A stretch of 64,000 nucleotides of DNA. Source: an uncultured archaeon. Lineage in GTDB: Archaea; Thermoplasmatota; Penumbrarchaeia; JASLWR01. Below, piece by piece: positions 51,134-60,932 of the stretch. Positions within the stretch are counted from its first letter, which is position 1; each line of letters opens with the position of its first letter. The notes below the pieces were generated by a model. The model saw only the letters and a program-made list of their open reading frames with translations. It searched no databases and had not been told where the DNA came from. The stretch spans positions 14,178 through 78,177 of the forward strand of contig CAYSHM010000011.1 of the NCBI GenBank assembly GCA_964430885.1, given 5' to 3'. The translations under genes were made by a program, and so were the position numbers.

Positions 51134-51946
51134 TCACTTAAATTTGCTCAAGAACGATTTGGTTTTTTTATAAAAAGGATGTCCCCTCTCTAATTTTCGG
51201 AAGAGCGGGGTGTGGATCCTGCGCTTGCTTTTTACTTTACCGATACCCATCTTGACATGAAGCAATTCGTGAAAAATGATGAACTCCAGAACATAACTAG
51301 GCACTTTTAAACTATCCAGGATCCTAGATATAACTATAATATTGTAAAGCGAATCATAATGTGCATATCTCTTCCTGGCCGCTCTTTTAGACCAGGCAAT
51401 ATCGGGCAGTTCTTTCATACCCTGAAACTGTATATTTCTAACTTTGGACAATATTTTTTCCAGGTCATGATGCCGGCCTTTTGGCGGCAGTATCTGCTTT
51501 CCCCTTCCTCTCTCCAATCTCAATTTCTGCCATTTCTTCTGTATGAGGGGGTCATGAACGAAATCAAGATAGAGATGATTATCCCTTTCATCTTCTTTTT
51601 CCCCCTTGTAATGGTGCCACATCTTACGGCATATTGCCCTAAAAGTATATTGATCAGAGAGAAGGAATATGTCCCCTATCCAAAATAATATCTTATTCCC
51701 CTTCCCCCTGATGGTGTATTTGATAGACGAATAATTCTTGATCTCAAATAATATTTCTTTTTTCGATCCAGCGTTGAATACTTCACTTTCTTCAATGAAC
51801 AACTGCTTTGCCCGGGTTCTGCTCAGAGACGAAGGGCCTTTGTTTTTCATTTTATTATCTTTTCCGACAGTGGCGGCCTTAGAGTTACTTCCAACTTCTT
51901 TATTTTCATTTTTTAAGATGAAATAGTCTAAGGTAGTATTTCTCAA
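51134..51946 (-). CDS. SprT/YgjP(DUF45)-like zinc metallohydrolase
   Basis: IVISRILD..VP.YVLEFIIFHELLH..HTPLFR. Confidence 0.7.
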   Translation of the reverse strand: MRNTTLDYFILKNENKEVGSNSKAATVGKDNKMKNKGPSSLSRTRAKQLFIEESEVFNAGSKKEILFEIKNYSSIKYTIRGKGNKILFWIGDIFLLSDQYTFRAICRKMWHHYKGEKEDERDNHLYLDFVHDPLIQKKWQKLRLERGRGKQILPPKGRHHDLEKILSKVRNIQFQGMKELPDIAWSKRAARKRYAHYDSLYNIIVISRILDSLKVPSYVLEFIIFHELLHVKMGIGKVKSKRRIHTPLFRKLERGHPFYKKTKSFLSKFK

Positions 51947-52159
51947 ATCAGATCACCCGAATAGGCATACCTTATCAATTTTTTTGACTATGCTCAATAT
52001 TTCAAAGGGAATTATTTTGATAATTGCATACAATAGATTATACTTATAGATAGTTTATCCTGAATCAATTCGAATGGTGAAACCACAAATAGTATATATA
52101 AAAAAATATTATCAGGTTTTAGAATTTATTTTAGAATTTATTAAAGAAGTGGTGTATAT

Positions 52160-52546
52160 ATGTCAAAGACAATTGCCCAGATCAGGAGTCTAAAAGTAAA
52201 TAAATTTATCATTATTGATGATGAGCCTTGCAAGATAGTTGATTATTCCAAATCCAAACCGGGGAAACATGGAGAGGCCAAGGCCCGAATTGTAGCTGTG
52301 GGCTTATTCGATAAACAGAAGAGAAGCATAGTTCAACCAGTAACCCATAAGGTTAGTGTACCTATGATCGATAAGGGGACAGCCCAGGTCATTGTATTGA
52401 TGGGCGATGAAGTCCAGTTAATGGACCTTGACACCTATGAAACCTTCAATATACCGGTCCCGGAAGAGTTCCAGGGTAAATTGGAAGCAGGGCAGACGAT
52501 TCAATACCTCGAGGCAATGGGCAGGAAAATGATCACTCGACTGTGA
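52160..52546 (+). CDS. eif5a: Translation factor aIF-5A
   Basis: SKPGKHGEAKAR hypusination motif. Confidence 0.96.
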   Translation: MSKTIAQIRSLKVNKFIIIDDEPCKIVDYSKSKPGKHGEAKARIVAVGLFDKQKRSIVQPVTHKVSVPMIDKGTAQVIVLMGDEVQLMDLDTYETFNIPVPEEFQGKLEAGQTIQYLEAMGRKMITRL

Positions 52547-52611
52547 TAATAGAATTCAGATATTTAGATATTGAAAACAGGCCGGTATTACTAGATCTTT
52601 CATCGGTATAT

Positions 52612-54024
52612 TCATTTATTCCTACCTGAGTTCACTATTTTTTTCTGGCCCGCTTTTCTTTTTTCAACAGTATGATACTTTAAACGGGTAAAATAGCCGA
52701 GCAGATAATCCACAAGCAGAAGAGGATAAAGCAATTTTCTGAAATTTCTTTTTATGATCTCTTTGAGTCCCATTTTCCTGAAAGGCCCTTGCTTCGACCC
52801 GTTCATAAGAAGAGCATTCCTAGCATCTTTGAGACTGACTATTCTCAAGTTGAATATGGCCTTTCCAATTGTGGCATTGAATAGGTATTCCATCATGATA
52901 AAATAGATCAGATAGAAAAGGAAAGCAGTGAACCAGAAGTCATCATAATCTATGCTTGGCCGTTGTAACTCTCCGAATATCAGTGTAACCGGAATCAGAA
53001 CGATAGTGATATCAATGATGGCAGCGAAGATTCTGAAAAAGAATCGTTTATATGGCCTCTCTCCACAAAATGGACGCCAGCATTTTTTCTTTCTCCGGTT
53101 GGCCACTTTTTGAACGTAGACCCTATAGGTGTTTGGTGTATCCCTCCTTGAAGCGATGGTCAATGATTGTATCTTGAGGTTGTAATCCATCCGTCTAGTT
53201 CTTTTCATGTATCCTTCAGCAAGGGTCTCCACTATAATATAACCCAGCCAGCCAGTTAAAATTCCTCCAGCAATATCAGTGAGCCAGTGTACTCCCAGAT
53301 ATAATATGGCGAAAGTATACATGAGGTTGATTCCCACCAACAAATACAGAAATCGATCATAGTCCTTTATATCATGATGTTTTCTATGGTGCCAGAGAAT
53401 GAGCAGTAATGAAAAGGGAATTGCTATGTGGAGTGAAGGGAAGCAGTTGTCAAAGGGATCTACACGGCAGAAGAAATCTAAGAATAAAGGGGAATATCGG
53501 TACAACAATGCATCGACCCCTGGAACCCTTTGATGGGTGACATCCACCGGAATTAGAAGATAAAAAGGAATGGATATCAGATATATTACCATGTAATTGA
53601 TCGCCATTTTGGTGGCCATGAGAGTCTTTTTCTGAAAAGCAAAGTAGACTACAGCAAAATAATTGAGAAATATGTATGTTAATATGTATCCAGGAGCCAT
53701 AATGTGGGTAATCACAGCATGTTTGAAGAATGACTGGAAATGGTATACGAAATTACCTTCCAATTTGTAGATCAATCCGGTAAAATCAAGACCCAGTGTG
53801 TATCTCACTGGATGGTTCAACAGGTCCACCCAGTTCTTCTCAAAATAGATCAATAGGAAGAGAATGAGCTGATATTTATAGATGCGGACCACTGATAGGG
53901 TGTCAATTATGTTTTTCCGGTTCTCTTTCTTTACCAGGAGTCTTACCAGAAAAATACCCAGGACTATCAATAATACCGAAGTGAATGATGTCGAGAGTAT
54001 TAATCTGGTCAGTGTATTATCCAA
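52612..54024 (-). CDS. PAP2/Aur1-like lipid phosphotransferase/phosphatase fused to an RDD domain
   Basis: NCFPSLH and YLGVHWLTD, then RIFAAIID...ATIGKAIFNLRIV. Confidence 0.75.
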   Translation of the reverse strand: MDNTLTRLILSTSFTSVLLIVLGIFLVRLLVKKENRKNIIDTLSVVRIYKYQLILFLLIYFEKNWVDLLNHPVRYTLGLDFTGLIYKLEGNFVYHFQSFFKHAVITHIMAPGYILTYIFLNYFAVVYFAFQKKTLMATKMAINYMVIYLISIPFYLLIPVDVTHQRVPGVDALLYRYSPLFLDFFCRVDPFDNCFPSLHIAIPFSLLLILWHHRKHHDIKDYDRFLYLLVGINLMYTFAILYLGVHWLTDIAGGILTGWLGYIIVETLAEGYMKRTRRMDYNLKIQSLTIASRRDTPNTYRVYVQKVANRRKKKCWRPFCGERPYKRFFFRIFAAIIDITIVLIPVTLIFGELQRPSIDYDDFWFTAFLFYLIYFIMMEYLFNATIGKAIFNLRIVSLKDARNALLMNGSKQGPFRKMGLKEIIKRNFRKLLYPLLLVDYLLGYFTRLKYHTVEKRKAGQKKIVNSGRNK

Positions 54025-54251
54025 GTTGAATACCGTCCGTTATTGATATTTTCATTTCATGTTTTTCTTTAATTTTGCTGGTGATAATGAAAAGGACATT
54101 TAATCTTTCAATAATTTACTCCGTTTCTGCACCTTTTAGAAGAAAAATATATCCCTGGCAGATTACATTCATCTAATATAATATTTTGTGGATTAATATT
54201 CGGATATCATGAATGCCATTATTAACAGATAAAAAACCCGTTGTCATCAGT

Positions 54252-55355
54252 TCAGGATTCGTATTCATCTTCAGATAAAAAGTCATCGTCATCCACGTAA
54301 GGCAGATATTCTTTGATGATTTTTTCTTTTGAACGATTCAATTCCATTCTCCTTTTTTTCCCAATACCTTTCCTCCCTTTTCTGATGTTATATAGATAGA
54401 AGAGTCCGGGTATCAATATTAGAATAATCAGCATTGAAGCTAAACATGGTTCAATATCATAATATGTACCCCTCTCCTGATAGAATACTGAGGAGTGCAT
54501 GAATTCCGGGAACAACTCATTCTTACCTGATCCTTCTGAAGTAACCACTAATGCCACTTCTGTGACGCGTGTTCTGTAAAATGTAGATTTCTGGGGCCCT
54601 ATAATATCAAATGTAAAGTTCGCAGATTGGTCTGGTAAAATATCATCTGTTTCCTTTTTGTGGGCTATAATGACGAATCCTGCTTCTTCCAAAGAATCCA
54701 GGTTCAGGAAATCTATCTCAAATGAATCTAGACCGTTTCCCTGGTTCATTATGTCGAGGGTATAGGTTCTTCTCTCTCCCGGATAACCTGTAATAAATGA
54801 ATTTATTGAACTGACCCGAAGCATATAGTACTGGTTAGCTGTCACTGAAAGAACATAAGGTTCAATATCTCCAGTGGTTCCCGGATTGACCCTCCAATTT
54901 CCACCCAATTCAACATCGTATGTTGCTCCTTTATTGTCGAATTGATAGGCTATTACAGTCACAGTGATATCCCTCCAGACATCCTGTTCGCCAGTATTGA
55001 ATGACATGATCGGCGGAGAAACGGTGGCCCTCCAACCACCAAGGGATTCTTCAGAGTCAGGATCATGGGTGCACTTGATCTTCAAATTGAGAACCACCTG
55101 CCGGCCCGAGGGGAAAGGGGATATGAACCTTACTTTTCCCTTCAATCTCAGCAGCTTGGAATCTCCAGGTCCCACATCTATGTCCCAGTGGCGTTGCTGA
55201 AATTCAAATTCGATATATTTGCTCTGGATCTCCTGTGCCGCGGCTTCCGGGGTCTCAATTACAATATAGTTTAACATTAAAATGAAAATTAACAAGATGG
55301 AAAAGGTGAATCTTTTGATGAAAGGTCCCTTTTTTTGATATGTGGTCATTACCAT
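54252..55355 (-). CDS. Choice-of-anchor T-like surface protein with C-terminal TM and acidic tail
   Basis: Resembles 6409..7323 (VGPG, W.ATVSP, QYYMLRV, NQGNGLD). Confidence 0.65.
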   Translation of the reverse strand: MVMTTYQKKGPFIKRFTFSILLIFILMLNYIVIETPEAAAQEIQSKYIEFEFQQRHWDIDVGPGDSKLLRLKGKVRFISPFPSGRQVVLNLKIKCTHDPDSEESLGGWRATVSPPIMSFNTGEQDVWRDITVTVIAYQFDNKGATYDVELGGNWRVNPGTTGDIEPYVLSVTANQYYMLRVSSINSFITGYPGERRTYTLDIMNQGNGLDSFEIDFLNLDSLEEAGFVIIAHKKETDDILPDQSANFTFDIIGPQKSTFYRTRVTEVALVVTSEGSGKNELFPEFMHSSVFYQERGTYYDIEPCLASMLIILILIPGLFYLYNIRKGRKGIGKKRRMELNRSKEKIIKEYLPYVDDDDFLSEDEYES

Positions 55356-55367
55356 CCCTCGCTGAAT

Positions 55368-56603
55368 TCAGAAGTCAGACCAGTCATCCTCATCTTGATC
55401 GAGGTTGCTGCCTCTAATTACTTCATCGTTCCTATGGTGATCCCTTTGATGTCTGGGTTCCTCTTCTCTTCTCTTTTCTTCTGAATAGGCTCTTTCTTCA
55501 GATTCTCTTCGTGGTTCTCGCATTCTTTTTCTGAATATTCCTCTTCCTTTGTATCTGAAGGACCCATCAACTATGGACAGTAGTTTATATATACACTTAT
55601 CATCTGCTTTTCTTTTAGATGCCATTTCCATGACTATTGCATAATGTTCATCGGGGGAAATACCCATGGAGTTCCTTTGAACGTCAAGCATTCCCAATTC
55701 ATCCTCGCTGATAAACCCGTCCAGAAGGGCTTGGCCTATGCACATCCTATAGGAATCCAGATCCTTTTTATGGTATTTCAGTTCTATCATCAGGTTCTTT
55801 CTCTTTCTCTTGTCAACCTTCAATAATACTCCCATTATTATCAGATAGATGCTGGCACCTGTTGTAATATAAGCCCCGCTCTCGGCATTTACAGTAGTAT
55901 TGGTGAGCATGTTCATTCTTTCATTGATCTCATTGATCTGCTCAAGCATGTCCTCAGTCTCATCCATTCCTGTACTGGAGTTGTTGTCCGCCCCTGAATT
56001 GTTGCTTCCGCCCCCAGGTTCATTGAGCCCTCCCAAAGGGGAATTATCCTGGTTATCTGGTATTCCGTCCAAGTCTGAATCCCTTTTAGTGGGATCACTG
56101 TAGGGTTGTTCCAATACCTCAGCGCCGTCGCTCAAACCATCACCGTCGGTGTCTGGACGTTCAGGATCAGTCCCGAATGTGGATTCGAACATATCATACA
56201 AACCATCTTGATCTGTATCCGCTGTACTAGCTCCATCTATTCCAGGTATGGAGAAGTCCGAAGGCATCATGGATTGGAAGAACGAGCCTAGCAAAATCAA
56301 TAGTACCAGATATGTTCCTGCTGTGATGAAGAGAGTGACGCCCATTCCGGTTGTGGGTCTGCCGACAAGACCGTATATCACACAGACAATCGTTAAAATA
56401 AGTATAATATATATGCCCATAAAGAAATAGCTTAGAATTGCGGATCCGGTATTCTTTACCAGGTCCATTGCAGAGAAGGTTCCTGAAACATCGAGTAACT
56501 CACCATGAATGGTGGCCCATGGTAGAAATAGGGATATTAAAAGAACAATAGCCCCAATAACGGTCAATACTCTTACAGGAATAGTCATTTTGGTCTTTAT
56601 CAT
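55368..56603 (-). CDS. Four-TM membrane protein with thrombospondin type 3-like Ca-binding loop and C-terminal helical domain
   Basis: FLPW, DTDQDGL/DTDGDGL/DSDLDG repeats, ALLDGFISEDE..L...R.SMGIS..EH. Confidence 0.65.
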   Translation of the reverse strand: MIKTKMTIPVRVLTVIGAIVLLISLFLPWATIHGELLDVSGTFSAMDLVKNTGSAILSYFFMGIYIILILTIVCVIYGLVGRPTTGMGVTLFITAGTYLVLLILLGSFFQSMMPSDFSIPGIDGASTADTDQDGLYDMFESTFGTDPERPDTDGDGLSDGAEVLEQPYSDPTKRDSDLDGIPDNQDNSPLGGLNEPGGGSNNSGADNNSSTGMDETEDMLEQINEINERMNMLTNTTVNAESGAYITTGASIYLIIMGVLLKVDKRKRKNLMIELKYHKKDLDSYRMCIGQALLDGFISEDELGMLDVQRNSMGISPDEHYAIVMEMASKRKADDKCIYKLLSIVDGSFRYKGRGIFRKRMREPRRESEERAYSEEKRREEEPRHQRDHHRNDEVIRGSNLDQDEDDWSDF

Positions 56604-56842
56604 ATGGAATACCTTCTAAGTGTTCCAATATAATGGATAATATAAATATATATATGTTCATTTGAAATTACATTCTCAAGACCAATCTTCCCCTGGAATG
56701 CCCTATTTTATTCATTCTTGAACCGATTTATGAGTGTATTGATATAGAGAAACCAAATAATGAAAATTAATCAAATAATAAAATTTGAAAATGTAATTTT
56801 ATGTTTCACAAGCGAAATACATCAATCTATGGAGGTTGTTAG

Positions 56843-57778
56843 ATAATTAGGAATATTCTCATTACTGGAGGAGGCAATCTAGGGATTTCGTTCTATAGAT
56901 ATTTTACAAATTCCTCCCCAGGAATAAAATCCTCACTGCTCTCTAGGTCACATCCTTCCATATTTGATAAAGAAAATTGTTTCACACCAATTCCAAAAGA
57001 TGATTTCATCGGGCTGGATCTAACAAAAATTTCAATGCTGGAAGAAAAAATTGATCTGGCAGATCCGGATTTAATAATACATACTGCCTCACTTACTGAT
57101 GTGGACCTATGTGAAAGAAACCCCGATTTAGCCTACAGGATCAATGTCAAGATAACCGAAAATCTAGCCAATGCCTGCAAGTATAGAGATATTCCAATGG
57201 TTTTCATATCATCGGATTACATTTATCCAGGTACTGATGGGCCATATTCGGAAAATGATGTGGCTTCTCCTTTGAACATATATGGAATGACAAAGCTCCG
57301 TGGAGAAGAAAAGGTCAAGTCCATCTTGGGTTTTCAATGGATAATCCTGCGTACATCCTTTCTTTTTAACCCTTTTTCAAGTAATTATGATTATATTTCT
57401 TTTATCCTCGGCAGTTTGACCGGGAATAAGACAATATCGGTGGACGATTTCCGAAAAGTCAGACCGACTCCTTGTTATTGCATCCCTTCATTGGTTGAAG
57501 AAATCATAATGAAAAATAAATGGGGAACTTATCATATCTGCGGATCGGATCTGCTCACTCCTTATGAGATAGCAGTAAAAGTTACAGATTACTTTCACAT
57601 TGAAACCGGTAAGATAGAAAAAAGGTTGAAGAATGACAAAGGGGCCAAACGGCCAAAAATATCCGACCTTGACACAGCTAAAGCCCGAGATCAACTGTTC
57701 TTCAACCCCCCCTCACTTCAGGATTCATTGAATAATATTGGTGAATATTATCGTCATGCCTGGCGTGACCGCCATTGA
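56843..57778 (+). CDS. rmlD: dTDP-4-dehydrorhamnose reductase-like SDR (proposed ATA/ATT start)
   Basis: Upstream in-frame ILITGGGNLG Rossmann motif, HTASLTDVDLCE, ISSDYIY, YGMTK. Confidence 0.78.
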   Translation: MIRNILITGGGNLGISFYRYFTNSSPGIKSSLLSRSHPSIFDKENCFTPIPKDDFIGLDLTKISMLEEKIDLADPDLIIHTASLTDVDLCERNPDLAYRINVKITENLANACKYRDIPMVFISSDYIYPGTDGPYSENDVASPLNIYGMTKLRGEEKVKSILGFQWIILRTSFLFNPFSSNYDYISFILGSLTGNKTISVDDFRKVRPTPCYCIPSLVEEIIMKNKWGTYHICGSDLLTPYEIAVKVTDYFHIETGKIEKRLKNDKGAKRPKISDLDTAKARDQLFFNPPSLQDSLNNIGEYYRHAWRDRH

Positions 57779-58171
57779 TGTTTGTCAGGTTTATAGTAAT
57801 CAATGATAGTTCTCGATATTTTTTATAATCGTCAGTAATCTGCCAATTTCCAAGGGTGTTTTATAAAACATTCAATGTCAGCATTAAGTTAAAATATAAT
57901 AGGTATCTTTAACCTGCAGGGTATTAATCAGGTTATTTGGATTGAGTATATGAATATATAATCATACACAATCACCGAATAATCTCAGCTGTATGTAAGC
58001 ATGCAGTATAAAATAATGTCCAATATGCCCAAACCTTTGCTAGTGATAATAATATTCCATTTCAGAGCGGAATGAAGATAGCTTCCAGTTGTGGGCGGAA
58101 AGAAAAATACCAATCAAATGAAAAATTCAGTAATAATCAAAATGCATTTCAGTCATAAATAAGGTGGGTAA

Positions 58172-58654
58172 ATGCCGGGTAAGAAAAGTAAGGAAAATGA
58201 GGTAAAGGAAGAAAGTTCCTTTAAACATATTGTAAGAATGGCTAGAACGGATATCAACGGCCACAAGACTGTTGATCACGGTCTGACAAGTATCAAAGGT
58301 ATAGGATATAGGATTTCATGTATTATCAGTGATCATCTCAATATCGATAGGAAGAAGAGAATGGGTGATATTAGCGATGAAGAGGAGAAAGCCCTTTCGG
58401 ATCTTATCGAGAACGATCTTGATGACCTACTGCCAGAATGGATCATGAACCGCTCATCGGATCCGGAATTCGGGGACGATAGGCATGTAGTATCCAATGA
58501 ACTTGAAGATGCCCGAACCGAGGATATTGACCGGCTTAAGAAAATGCATTGCTACAAGGGAATAAGACATATGGGCGGAAAGAAGGTGAGGGGCCAGCGG
58601 ACTAAATCCAATGGGAGGAAGGGATTGGCACTGGGTGTCAAGAGGAAAAAATAG
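58172..58654 (+). CDS. rps13: 30S ribosomal protein S13
   Basis: IKGIG, YKGIRH..G.KVRGQRTKSNGR. Confidence 0.96.
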   Translation: MPGKKSKENEVKEESSFKHIVRMARTDINGHKTVDHGLTSIKGIGYRISCIISDHLNIDRKKRMGDISDEEEKALSDLIENDLDDLLPEWIMNRSSDPEFGDDRHVVSNELEDARTEDIDRLKKMHCYKGIRHMGGKKVRGQRTKSNGRKGLALGVKRKK

Positions 58655-58679
58655 ATAACATTTGGAGGAGGAAAAGTAT

Positions 58680-59291
58680 ATGGGTGATCCTAAGAAGAGC
58701 AGGAAGAAATATTCACGTCCTTTGCATCCTTGGCAGGGTGAACGTATATTGAAGGAGAATGGAATCAAGAGAAAATACGGCTTGAAGAACAAGAAAGAGA
58801 TCTGGAAAGCACAGACCATGCTTAAGAAATGGAGGGTATTGGCCAGAGATCAGGCGGCTTTGATTCGAGCAGGTAATAAACAGGCAGAGAAAGAGAGTTC
58901 AGAGCTGTTGAAGAAGTTGATACGTCTTGGAATATTGAAAGAAGGCTGCAAGCTTCATGAGATATTGGCTCTTGAATTAGAGGATGTTCTGGAAAGACGT
59001 TTGCAGACCCTTGTTTACGAGAAAGGAATGGCTCATACCACCAAACAATCCAGACAGTTTATAATCCATGGTCATGTGTCCATTTTGGGGAGGAGAATAA
59101 ATGTTCCGAGTTATCTGGTCAAGATCGATGAGGAAGCTCACATATCATATGCAAATAGTTCGCCTCTGGATGAGGATAAACATGCAATGAGACCCCAAGG
59201 GAATATATTAGAGGCCCGACAGAAGAAGGAAGAGAAAGAGCAGATGAGGAAGGAAAAAATGAGCAGGAACCGGGGCAGGGGAGGAAGATAA
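58680..59291 (+). CDS. rps4: 30S ribosomal protein S4
   Basis: MGDPKK, YGLKNKKE, LERRLQT, RQFIIHGH. Confidence 0.96.
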   Translation: MGDPKKSRKKYSRPLHPWQGERILKENGIKRKYGLKNKKEIWKAQTMLKKWRVLARDQAALIRAGNKQAEKESSELLKKLIRLGILKEGCKLHEILALELEDVLERRLQTLVYEKGMAHTTKQSRQFIIHGHVSILGRRINVPSYLVKIDEEAHISYANSSPLDEDKHAMRPQGNILEARQKKEEKEQMRKEKMSRNRGRGGR

Positions 59292-59306
59292 ACAGGAGGA
59301 ATTATC

Positions 59307-59690
59307 ATGAGTAAATGGGGAATTGCACACATATATGCATCATATAATAATATTTTAATTACACTAACTGACCTTACAGGTGCCGAGACCATAGCCCAGT
59401 GTACCGGCGGAATGGTGGTAAAGGGTGACAAGGACCAGGCTAAACCCTATGCTGCTATGAAGGCCGCCTCACAAGTTGCCGATGTGGCGAAGGAAAAAGG
59501 TATAACGAACATACATGTCAGAATCCGGGCTCCCGGGGGCAATAGGTCTCCTTCACCAGGACCCGGTGCTCAGGCAGCTATCAGAGCATTGGCCAGGGCA
59601 AGGCTTAGAATTGGAAAAATAGAGGATGTAACTCCTATTCCGCATGATGGTACTAAGAAGAAAGGCGGACGAAGGGGTCGAAGAGTATAG
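59307..59690 (+). CDS. rps11: 30S ribosomal protein S11
   Basis: [35 protein letters not shown]. Confidence 0.97.
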   Translation: MSKWGIAHIYASYNNILITLTDLTGAETIAQCTGGMVVKGDKDQAKPYAAMKAASQVADVAKEKGITNIHVRIRAPGGNRSPSPGPGAQAAIRALARARLRIGKIEDVTPIPHDGTKKKGGRRGRRV

Positions 59691-59713
59691 ACAATCCAAG
59701 AAGGTGTCTAATA

Positions 59714-60607
59714 ATGGAGATAAAGATATTGGAGTTGGATGATAGGCGGTTGAGGTGTATAATTAAGGATACAACCCCTGCCTTTATGAATAGTATCCGT
59801 AGGGTAATTATTAATGAGATTCCGAAATTGGCGATTCACGAGGTCCAATTCAATCTTGGCCCTATAAGAGGCAGTACAGATACCGATGAGATGTTTGAAA
59901 GCAACACGCCTCTTTTCAATGAAATAATTGCTCATCGAATGGGAATGCTGGCAATACCCACGGACATTCGACTTTTCAATTTCAAAGAGGAATGCGTTTG
60001 TGAGGGTGAAGGCTGTAATAATTGCACAGTCATGTACATCCTGAATAAACAGGGACCATGCACGGTCTATTCCGGCGATCTTGAACCTATCAGCGGTGAT
60101 GCATCTGGTGATACCACCGGATTCGAGATAATTGACAAACTCGTTCCCATCGTGAAATTGAACGAGGGACAAGCGATTCTGGCCTATGCGACGGCAAAAT
60201 TGGGTAGAGGAAAAAAGCATGCTAAATGGCAGGTTTGCGGTCAGGTAGGATACCAATATTTCCCGAATATTACAATAGACCGTGATATCTGTGACAATGG
60301 CGGAGGATGCATTGATATATGCCACAAAGATGTTTTGGGTTATAATACAAAAGGCGAGCTCACCGTGAACAGTCCGGTAGAATGCGACCTTTGTGGATCC
60401 TGTATGAATATCTGCGTACCCCAGATGGAACGGAGTAAGGATAAGTCTTCTCTGAGAAAAGCGATAAACGTAGAGGGCCGCGACGATATGTTCATATTCA
60501 ATATGATTACTGACGGATCCTATAAACCCAAGGAAGCCCTTGAAATGGGATTGTCGATACTTGAAGAGAAATTCCGAGATTTGAGAACTTCAGTGTCTGG
60601 ATTATAG
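59714..60607 (+). CDS. rpoD: DNA-directed RNA polymerase subunit D (Rpo3) with ferredoxin-like insert
   Basis: NSIRR, EIIAHRMG, GKKHAKW, CxxGxxCxxxC and CxxCxxCxxxC. Confidence 0.95.
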   Translation: MEIKILELDDRRLRCIIKDTTPAFMNSIRRVIINEIPKLAIHEVQFNLGPIRGSTDTDEMFESNTPLFNEIIAHRMGMLAIPTDIRLFNFKEECVCEGEGCNNCTVMYILNKQGPCTVYSGDLEPISGDASGDTTGFEIIDKLVPIVKLNEGQAILAYATAKLGRGKKHAKWQVCGQVGYQYFPNITIDRDICDNGGGCIDICHKDVLGYNTKGELTVNSPVECDLCGSCMNICVPQMERSKDKSSLRKAINVEGRDDMFIFNMITDGSYKPKEALEMGLSILEEKFRDLRTSVSGL

Positions 60608-60618
60608 ACACGAATTTT

Positions 60619-60708
60619 CGAGGGTAGGCCCAGTCTGGTCAATTCGGCAAGAATCAAGTTCTTGCACAGGTCGCAACCAAATGTTGCTCCCGATCCCTGT
60701 TGACCAGG
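60619..60708 (+). other. tRNA-Leu-derived structured element (degenerate 5'-half copy, hairpins, antisense D-arm segment)
   Basis: cgagggtaggcccagtctggtcaa closely matches the tRNA-Leu 5' end. gttgaccagg (60699-60708) is complementary to the D-arm. Confidence 0.6.
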
Positions 60709-60740
60709 ATAATCAAGCAAGGGATATAATGATATGCGCT

Positions 60741-60824
60741 GCGAGGGTAGCCCAGCCTGGTCAACGGCGCTAGGTTGAGGGCCTAGTCCTTAGTGGTTCC
60801 CGAGTTCGAATCTCGGCCCTCGCA
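60741..60824 (+). tRNA. trnL: tRNA-Leu(GAG)
   Basis: GCGAGGG/CCCTCGC acceptor, CTAGG-TTGAGGG-CCTAG anticodon arm, long variable arm, GTTCGAATC, followed by a T-tract. Confidence 0.95.
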
Positions 60825-60932
60825 TTTTTTTGACCTTTTGGGCGAAAAATGAGTAAGCAGTAACTTTCTTATAGGTTACATTCCGTAGCGCGTAGTCGCA
60901 CTTTATTATCTTTTTAATAAATTCAATAAAAA

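Noticed and set aside
57779-58171. tRNA or riboswitch in the intergenic region before rps13
   Set aside because: AT-rich, and I could not recognise a cloverleaf or convincing stem.
59708-60325. 205-aa antisense ORF
   Set aside because: It is a shadow of rpoD on the opposite strand with no recognisable motifs.
60280-60420. Ferredoxin domain in RpoD as a novelty
   Set aside because: It is a well-known feature of many archaeal Rpo3 subunits.
60619-60708. Functional second tRNA-Leu(CAA)
   Set aside because: No T-loop (TTCRA) and no 3' acceptor strand. Reported as a tRNA-derived element instead.
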